A stretch of 248,000 nt of DNA from Rhodosorus marinus CCMP1338 (taxonomy: Eukaryota > Plantae > Rhodophyta). Below are positions 238,690-248,000 of the stretch, piece by piece. A program made the position numbers and the translations under genes. A model generated the notes under the pieces. The model did not search any database. It was not told the DNA's origin and saw only the letters and a list, made by a program, of their open reading frames with translations. Every line of letters starts with the position of its first letter. The stretch's first letter is position 1. The stretch is taken from NCBI GenBank assembly GCA_029953675.1, contig JAMWBK010000004.1, forward strand, positions 1,012,001-1,260,000, read 5' to 3'.

Positions 238690-241600
238690 CCCTCCTCAGT
238701 CAACCTATCATTCTGAAAACTTACAGTGGGATGCGCGATTCCCCTGCTCGCCCGCCCCCCAAACCACACCCTGCCCGATCTGCAGTCTACTGCCGATGGA
238801 GCAGGGAAACCCTAAGAATCCTATCCTCTGACAATATTCCCATCAACCTTCTCTCAGGATGCGCAGAACGAGAAAAATCGCTCCGCTAATGCTGGAAAGA
238901 ACACCAACAGCTAAAGTTTGAAGAAACGCCACACAACCCTAAATCCCCACTCACACCCACACACACACACACACAACCCCCTCCCGTCCCTTCTCCTCTC
239001 CTCCCACCCCCCTTCCAGGCACATTTCCGCAACCGCATGGCAAACCCAAACTCGAAATTTTCGGTCTTAACCAAAAAAAATTTGGTAAGATATTTTTTTG
239101 ACAGCCATTCTCCAGTGATCACTACTACCCACCCCTCCAATCGCCACCAAGGATTCCTCTGAGAAAGTGGTCGAAACGAAAATTACAACGCAATAGACCC
239201 CAATAGATATTTCTATTGAGGTTGAATATTCATACAAATTAGCCCGCGTGTCGGTTGCCCGACTATCATTCTCTGATCCAAAGAGCTGTTTTCATTCTAG
239301 ATTTATTTTGAAGGGTTCCCAGCGTTCAATCAAAATGGGTCTCAACTCATCCACTCACAGCCGCACAAATGTGTCGAGCGTGCGGCTCTGCGTCATTCGA
239401 ATCGGCGTTTTTTCTATGGGGGGATTTTGGTGGTTGGGGTGGTGGGTGGAGCGGATCCGAGGTGTTGTTTTTTTGGGGGGGGCAATCAGTCTCAGATGAA
239501 AAGGGATATGTACGGATGGTGAAGAAGCTCCGGCCTGTCATCGTTTCTTTTTTCCTTTTTTTCGTTTTGCTTTCGGGGGGCGTTCCTTAGAAGGGGAGCT
239601 CTCTGCTAGTCGATCGGATCCGAGGAAGTTCAGATGAACTTGAGGTTTATGAGGTTCATCTGCTAGTCGATCGGATCCGAGGAAGTTCAGATGAACTTGA
239701 GGTTTATGAGGTTCACGGAAGTACTGGCGTAGCTTTACGGAGCTTGGATGGAGTATAATCCCTCCGGACTTGACCTGACTACGAATTTCAGCTGGATCCC
239801 TGAATGTGGAAACTGCCACCTACGCCTAGATTCAGTGAAATAATACGTGAAGTGAAAGAGGAGGTGTTTCGTTGCGGGATTGTATCAAACCCGCTTTGAA
239901 GCAAGGCCCAGGCTAATCGCGAACGATACTCGGCCATCTTCTTACGAGGAAAGCCACAGCTTCTACTTTCCAACCCGTGAAAGGCTTGATTGAAGCGACT
240001 CTTGTTCGACGGCTCTCGAACCCTGTTTACATGTCCTGTAGCAGACCTCTGCTTTTCCGCCCTACCCTGGGATTTATGCTAGGCTATATCCCAATCCGGA
240101 CTTTAGGCCCATTGCTCTAGTTCCCGAAAAAACACCTTTTCCCAGTTCCTTTCAAGGTCTCCCGCGCACTAACCGGATGCCGTTTCTTGCCCAGTCAATC
240201 CGTCATGGCACAGACCTCCGCCGACCATGGGATCCAATGATAATGAATCGAAGTACTTTTTCAAGCTTTTGCCTAGGAGGGCCAGCGGGATCGATCCTGT
240301 AGGTTTATACCTTCGTCGCGGGCGCGGCGCGCAATTTGCTGCAGGTGTAAAGGTGGGAGACTTCACTAGGCTAGTATTGTGATTCACTCGGACGTCCATG
240401 TTGTCTTAAGGGGAAAGATGTAGGTATGAAGCCAAAAGGGGGAGCGTTGGTTGGTTTTGCACTCGGGCGAGTGAGTGGAATGGCAATGCTCCGCCCTGCT
240501 TCCTGAGTACAATCAACTTATCGAGAAGCGCGGGCGCTATGGAGCTCGTCAAGGGCGGTACAGTAGTTCGGCTTGAGAGTTGAGCTAACAATAATGGGAG
240601 TGGGAACGGAGTGTTTTCTGTTCATCGAACGTAGCTCTGCGAAGGACTCTCCTCATGGTGGAGCAGGAATAACGGATGTTGTGGTGGACGTCGAAAAGGG
240701 TGCGGAGGAGAAGTGAGGATATCAGCGCTTAATGAATGATCCATGCCCGCCGGTTTGCCTAGCACACTAGTTTGGGCTAACCCAGATTTGAGGTGAGGGC
240801 CAACTCAATTGTCGTACTCGAAGGATAGTTGGCATCTTCCCCGTCCCTGCTTGAGGTAAAAAGTCCTTGCGGCACGGGCCCGTTTTTTTGAAGATGCAAG
240901 AATAAGTTCTAATGCCTGAGCCCTCTGCCTAAAATTGCATCATCGGCGGTCTACTTGCTAGCGATGCCGATGTGCGCCGCAGCGGGGGCACATCAATGCC
241001 AGTTTGTTTTTGTCCAACTGCTCAACTTGGTTGCCTGGGCTTCAATTTCTATCGCCATCATTTGCTTGCGGTCGAATTCCTTCTCTAACTCAAGTCAAAC
241101 CCTACTTTGTAGGTGCTCTGAATATTGCAACCTGCCATGTAGACTTGGACCCAAATCCCAACCACCTCAAGGTCGAGCTTCTCGACCTCGACTTGAGGCC
241201 CCGCACAGTTGCACTAGTGCAGATCTGCTCGTGCGAACAAGAGCCTAACCTTGCACATGCGCGTTCCCCGTTTTCCCTAGAACACGCGCAGCGTCCGTCT
241301 ACTAAGTGGCTCTTATAACAGATGATTGACCCATCTCCAACTTTACACAGAAATATCAACTCAGGTCCTGATCAGTTGCCTTAGTTTCCCAAATTGGGAA
241401 CTAGCTGCACAATAAGTACACACAGCATATCTGTCCAACGAAAGTCAGCATCGCCCAACCCACCGGGGCTGGAACCATATAGGTATGCAATTGGGGAACA
241501 TCTACCTCCCTCACCCCTCCAAAACCCCCGCCATCTTCTCCAACACCATCTCCCACCCACCCCATAAAAAAATATCCCAGCAAAACAAAGTGGGAATCAA

Positions 241601-243048
241601 TTGATCCTCTTTTTCCCCATCTCCCCCCCCCCCCCTTTCAAAGCTAGCTCCCTCCCTTCCGTTTTCAGCCAATCAACATCAGATGGAAACCCGTGACTAT
241701 AATTTTCTACTTTCCTGTACGATTCCTGTATTGACCGGACTTTTCCCCTCTCCGATAAAGAACAAAAAAATAAATAAATCTAGGATATCATCAGGTAGGC
241801 ACAAAAAAAAACCCAAAAAACTTATATTCATGAAAATATGTTGCAGAGATTGCTAAAAAAAAAAAGCCGATCAGTTTCAGAAGCCCAGCTGATCAGCACT
241901 TCTATCTACTACCCCCCTTCGCATTGTCTTAAACAATATCTTCAATGGGCATTTAACTCCCCTTATAATTTGCACAAATTCAAAATATCCCCATTATTTA
242001 TATCAATAATAACATAAAACTATTTCTTAGTAAGGGGTGAATATATCAGTAGAAGTCCTACCTCCTGATGGTCATATCATATGGAACCCCCTTCCCAAAA
242101 ATATTACCTTCACGGAATATTGAATTAGCCCCTGTTGGGTTTTGCTTTCGTTTTTTCCTTCATTTTGAGGGGGTGGGTCACGTACGGTAGCCGATGGTGT
242201 TTCGTTTTCAGTGACGATGCATATGCTTTTTATTGGTAATGTTTTGAGGGGTATACCATCTCAAAGCTATATCCACAGAAAAATCAATAAACAGAGAACT
242301 ATTTTTTTTTGTTCATGGATGAAATCGAGATTTGTAAGGATCAATGCAGAGTGAGGCCAGGGGAGGGGGGGTTATATGTTGTTGTAAAATATTCTTCTAG
242401 ATTCGTTTTGTGTATTATCTTTCATTTTGAAATATTTCAAAAAGAGAGAGAGGAGAAACGGATAGGGGTTGTAACAACTTTGGAAAGAACAGGGATTCGC
242501 TAAGGTGGGTGGAGGGGGGAAATGAGTGGGTGTATGCATTGGCGCAACAAGGAGGGGAAACAGAGTCTTCGGTACCCACTTGGAAGGGGGGAAGATGAGA
242601 TGCTATGGGGCTTATCGGTGAATGGAGATCTTGGGGAATGGTTCGTGTGGAGTATTGCTTTGACTTTGGAATGAGTATAGGGGAGGAGGGACGATGGGTG
242701 TTTGCAGGGAGGGAAGGAGGAAGGCATCGAGTTTCGAGTGAAGGAGGTGAAGTTGCGGATGCTTGGTTTGGGAAGGGTTTTGGTAGGGGGCGAGGGCGAG
242801 ACAAGGCAGGGTGAACTTTTGCCCGGCTGAGTGGATCGGAAAAGGGGCTCGTGGATGGAGGGATTTCCACGAGCTGCGGTTGTCGGTGTTTTTTTGGATA
242901 TTTAGTTTGAGTAAGTCACGAGTCTTGTATTAAAGCGGTTTGGCGGAGCTGGAAGTTGTCGAGGTATAGTAGACGGGTACTTGGCGCTTAGCGTCGGCTT
243001 TGAGCATCCACTTGTTGTTGCGAGAGAAGGTGCTTGCCTGGCTGCGAT

Positions 243049-244458
243049 ATGAGTGAAGAGTTTGGTCCGGGCCAGCTGTCTACTTCAGCTCCGGTCCGGT
243101 ATGCTCACCCACCCTTTGCGATGTTCCTCTACGGCGGGGTGGTCCAAGAGGATGAACACGTAACGGTTTGGGAGCCAAAGTCTGGAAAAACGGTTGCCGG
243201 GAACGCTGCCCCGTACCGGAAAAATCTTCGGGGATGGTTGCTGCAGCATCCGGGCTGGGAAGAAAAAGCAGACGAGCTCAAAACATCCAAGAGAAGATCT
243301 GCGGCTAGGAAGCAAAAGGCTGTTGCCTCCGCGTTCGCTGCAATGTGCGCTCATGCTAGTGATATCGTGCATGCCGTTTCCAACGAGGTTGCGGGTTGGC
243401 TTGCGGCCACGGGAGCATCTCGCGCTACCGATAGCGATGGCGAATGGTCACAGGATGATGAAATACGCCTAAAGGAGGCTCTTGTACAGAGAGGAGAACA
243501 GCTATATTTTTCTGGAGGCAAACTTACAAACGACTCAGAACTGCAATGGAAGGGGATATGTGCGGCTTTTGTTCCTCGGCGATCCGGAGTGGACGTTCTC
243601 CGCAAGTCTAGGGACCTGCTCGAGCAGGGCTTGCTCTCCTACTCGAATGACGGAAGGATGTATCGCTCAACGTCGGGCTACGGCTCTCCGGTCGATGCCA
243701 CTGGGCACCCAACGGCGTCACCGCTTTCGTCTTCTCTCTCTTTCCTGGAACGCCAACTGCTTCCTCCTCGGGAGCCCCGTATAACCGTATGGGACCCTGC
243801 TACTGGTGCGTACTCACTGAGTAGTATCCTGTTCCTGCGCGTTTTGTGTCCACGCTCATTAGCTGATTTCAACCCTGGACCCAAGAGCGTACAACCTGCT
243901 TTATCGGCATATGCAATCAACTCTTTCATTCGGTTTCCGCTCTGACCCAAGTGCTCCCAATCTTCTTTGCGCATGATAGGACGGACTGTATCGGGGAATG
244001 CTGCGCCCTGCAGAAGAAATCTGGATACGTGGATCCGAGCTCACCCGGGATGGGAGCCAAAGACTGAAGACCAGCTGTCAAGTAGTAGGAGAGTAAAGAG
244101 CAAGAGAGATGGCTCCGTCGGGTTCAGCGCCATGTCGACGTCCACTCCGCAACTCAGCGACGCGCTTGACGCGCTCATGTTGCTGGGTCAGAGCCCTACG
244201 GTTGGCTCAGGTAGGGTCTCCCGCTTAAGCAATACGTTTCTGTGGATCGGCATACCAGGGTACTCACTTCTAGTTCTACGTTTTTCGTCGTTGACAGCTC
244301 CACCTATTGCAGTAGACCGCAAGGTTGAGACGGCTTCAACATCAAGTGACATGGACATTGACAATGGCGACTTTGACGAAATCGACGATGAGCTGGAGGA
244401 ACAGAATACTCATCGCCCAATGATCAGAAGTTCAGCGCCCATGTCAATTCCGGATTGA
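243049..244458 (+). CDS. Protein with two BRK-like repeats flanking a Myb/SANT-like domain, spliced
   Basis: VTVWEPKSGKTVAGNAAPYRKNL..WL..HPGWE twice; WSQDDEIRL..W..I. Confidence 0.75.
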
Positions 244459-245616
244459 TTAGAGTGACCATAGATTCCCAGAGTTTTCGCAAGCCTTTTC
244501 AAACAGGAGTCCGCTTCCGAAGGTTCCGAGTGCAGATAGCCAAACAGGTCGTTGGAGCCCAGCTTCAGTAATTGAAACGTACTTATTTCTAAGCTAAACA
244601 TAGGAGGATTTTGTTCCATGGAAGAATGATTAGCTCGCTTTGGAGGCTTCAGAGGCCCTGTGGTCGGTTTTTCGAGATTCCGTTACCTCTCGGAGAGCTG
244701 GTCACGTACTGTAGTTCATGCCTTTCTTTAACGGCTCTGCTGCAGGTTTTGCCAGCCCGTTGCCGAGGTATTGCAACGTGCCAAGCGCAATCGGCGGGTC
244801 ACAAGGAGCCCGTGAACTTCGGTGAAGACCAAAAGGTAGGAGCCCCCGTGTATCGAACACGTACTCCGAACATGGGTGAGAGACATCTGTCGGTACCGTG
244901 CACGACGTTTTCTACCCTGAGCCCTTGCTAGGCCGGCCCGAATAAGCCACCTCGAAATGGTCAACGGACAGGAGGACAGCCGGCGCTCCTTGTTGGTGTG
245001 AAGAACATTCGCCTTGGCGAGGTGTGCAGAGAATCCGAGAACCTTGTTAATTGCATTTGAAGTTTGTTATGTGAAAAGCGAATCTCATCAAAAAAAAACA
245101 AAAAACGCAGTCAGTCAGTCCATGCGGTAACGAGTTCGCTTAGAAAACCTCAGGACCACCCATCCTTTTCTCTTTCCCTGCCAAACCGACTACCCTCTAC
245201 AATCGATCCAGGGAGCCCGCGAGATTGAGAGACAATCTTCGTTCAAACTTGCATATCATAGTATGGTAACATGCTCTCAGTCGGAGCTATCCGAACTTTT
245301 CTTCCAAAGAACCTTCACGTCCGGCCTGCGCTTTGGAAGACCTCTCCCAAAATTGTCTCTGCATGTTGACATTCAGACCTTCAATCGGATATCTTTATTT
245401 GTTTTTTCTTCTTTAAAACGTCTTCGGATGGGAATTTTGGGACATTGGGAAAAAGGCGGATCGACGACGAGGGTAAAAAATTGGTGTCTCTGAAGAGTAG
245501 ATTTGAGGATGGGGAGAGGAGGGGTTGGGGGGGAAGGAGTGAGAGGGAAGCAATCGGGTAAAGGATCGTATAAGCTGAGTCTTAGAGGGTTTGTAGTGGT
245601 AGTCTGTTTTAAGGAT

Positions 245617-247732
245617 ATGATGGATGGTCCTGCGAGCGTAGCGAGGGGAAACGGGATGAGCAAGGAAAGCGATGGGTTTCTATCGAGAGTATCTGAACGG
245701 GCCAAGTCTACGAGATTGGGGAATATAACAGCCGCGAGAAGCGTTGCTGATGCCGTGAGGACATCATTAGGTCCAAGGGGAATGGATAAGATGGTTCAGA
245801 CGGAAACCGGCGACGTTTTGGTAACCAATGATGGGGCGACGATCCTAGAGAAAATGAACGTGCAGCATCCTGCCGCGAAAACACTTGTGCAGCTTTCAAA
245901 GGCTCAGGATATTGAGGCCGGTGATGGTACGACATCCGTAGTAGTTATCTGTGGTGCTTTGCTGGAGGCCAGCCTGGAGCTCCTCGAAATCGGAATTCAT
246001 CCGACGATCATCTCAGAATGCTTTCAGGTAACTGTGGCGTTCACCGTGGACTTTGCAATGTTCACAAAGCCGTTGCCTGGAAAACTGACTCATGATCTGA
246101 AATCTTGTGGTGGTCTGGATGCAGATCGGCTTGGATAAGTCCCTGGGTGTGTTGGAGTCCATGTCCACTCCCGTGGACCTAGAAAATCGTGAAGAGCTGG
246201 TGCGAGCGGCGTCCACTTCTCTGAATTCCAAGGTCGTTGCACAGCATGCTTCCCTGCTTGCACCGCTCTCCGTGGACGCCGTGTTGTCTATAGCTGGTGA
246301 TGAGCGTCAGGGAGCAGATCTGAGGAACATCCGCGTTGTAAAAAAGTTGGCGGGCACCGTTGATGAAACAGAGCTCATCCCCGGTCTTTTGTTGAACCAA
246401 ACTGCGGAAAGTGGCGCAAGCGGTCCGACGAGGATTGAAAAGGCTAAAATTGCGTTGATCCAGTTCCAGTTGTCCCCGCCCAAGACCGACATGGAGAACA
246501 GCGTTGTTGTCCAGGACTACGCAGCGATGGACCGTATTCTGAAAGAGGAGCGGACTTACATTCTCCAGCTTGTGAAGAAGATCAAGGTTTGTACAAAACA
246601 GAAAGCTTTTCTGACCTTTTGCTGCATTTTGCTTTGGAAATGAGTTTGCATGGGGCTGGCAGTGCGCCGATCTGTTGTGGCAATAGACTGCTGTGGTCGA
246701 TCTCTTAGATTTCACCGCGCAAGACCCCGAGTCTGATTCTGAAACTTCCTTTGTTCGTCTGTTGATCCTCTGCTTTTACCCAGGCCACGGGTGCGAATGT
246801 CCTGTTGATTCAAAAGTCCATTCTTAGGGACGCTGTCACAGATCTATCGTTGCACTTCCTCGCGAAGGTGAAGATCATGGCTGTCACTGATATCGAAAGG
246901 GACGAGATAGAATTTATTTCAAAGACTCTCGACTGTGTTCCTATTGCGTCTCCCGAGGCGCTCTCAGCGGACAAGTTGGGAAAAGCTGAGCTCGTGGAAG
247001 AAGGTAGGGCTTTTTTGCATCAATTCTCGCTTGTGCCAATATCGTAGAAAAAAATGTTCTTGCTCATGATCGTGGACTTTGATCTTCCGTTCCATCAAAT
247101 TCTACAGTGTCCTTTGGATCCGAAAAGGTCGTCAAGGTCACTGGAATTTCGACAACTCCGGACAAGCCGAAAACCGTGTCGGTCTTGCTGCGTGGATCCA
247201 GCCAAATGGTCTTGGACGAAGCGGAGAGGTCGATCCATGATGCGATGTGCGTCGTGAGGTGTCTTGTGAAGAAGCGGGCTATGATCCCCGGTGGCGCTGC
247301 GCCAGAAATGGAAGTCAGCGTTCAGCTGGCGAAGCTTGCAAAGCAGCTTCCTGGTCACCAAGGTGAGTGGATTCGGCCTATTTAAGGAGCCCCGGCCAGG
247401 CATGCTCGCCCCGACGAATTCAGTCCTCACGCAGCTGGGGTTCGCGTCTTGTAGGTTTTTGTGTCGGGAAGTATGCTAAAGCCCTGGAGGTCATTCCTTA
247501 CACGCTGGCGGAAAACGCCGGGCTCAACCCTATCGAAATCGTAACGGAGCTTAGGAAACTCCACGCAGAGGGCTTGCAAACTTACGGAATCAATGTAAAG
247601 AAGGGAACAGTGACGGACATCGGTGAGGAGCAGGTTGTCATGCCCTTGCTTGTGTTTACGAGCGCGTTGTCGCTGGCAACAGAAGCCGTGAGGATGATTC
247701 TTAAGATTGACGATATCGTCATGACCAGATGA
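245617..247732 (+). CDS. CCT4: T-complex protein 1 subunit delta, multi-exon
   Basis: [49 protein letters not shown]. Confidence 0.95.
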
Positions 247733-248000
247733 AAAACACCCTTTCTCTAGATGAAGGAGCGGCAAGGACGTGAAACAGCGCCTTGGCACTTGCGTGTTTT
247801 GTTTTTTTTTTGCGCTGATGCCCAGCTGCTGCTAGAGTTGCCTGTTTCACTAAAGCGAAGAACGTTTGCATCAGTGTGACGACGGCAGTCTGGTCGAGCG
247901 GGACTTACCGGAGCTCTGGGGAGTGCTTACTGTCTACACTACAAAGGGGCAAAGTTTCATTCTCCACTAGAGACGAGATTCTGCTGAGTAAGATCGGCAT

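Noticed and set aside
239538-241360. Possible gene or pseudogene between transportin and the BRK-Myb gene, including a 57-bp tandem duplication
   Set aside because: No continuous frame or recognisable motif; could not support a call.

Overview
Eukaryotic nuclear DNA of about 50% GC with short GT-AG introns. It is most likely from a red alga; this is inferred from the Hint-domain secreted protein, the CRE-clade retroelements and the plastid-targeted proteins, and cannot be confirmed without a search. The window has two compartments. Positions ~1-209 kb are dominated by several families of CRE-like non-LTR retrotransposons encoding a restriction-like endonuclease (RLE), plus Copia, Gypsy and hAT debris. 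Scattered among them are mostly intronless genes for secreted, often bacterial-looking proteins: two GH86-like galactanases, a sulfatase, a PQQ sugar dehydrogenase mosaic, an RTX protein, a trypsin-Hint fusion, C2-domain proteins, an unnamed Cys-rich domain family in five genes, and four amino-acid permease paralogs. Positions ~210-248 kb are compact and intron-containing, with core genes (MDAR, Myb, DENR, RTF1, prefoldin 4, LYR protein, transportin-1, CCT4). The strongest novel-looking signals are: (i) two-ORF CRE-like elements whose simple-repeat 3' tails match their insertion sites, shown by empty versus filled paralogous sites inside the window; (ii) a 5' hairpin and ORF1 start motif conserved across families; (iii) a shuffled secreted Cys-rich domain; (iv) a bacterial-type sulfated-galactan toolkit. 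All domain names come from motif recognition by eye; no database searches were run. Boundaries of degraded elements are approximate.
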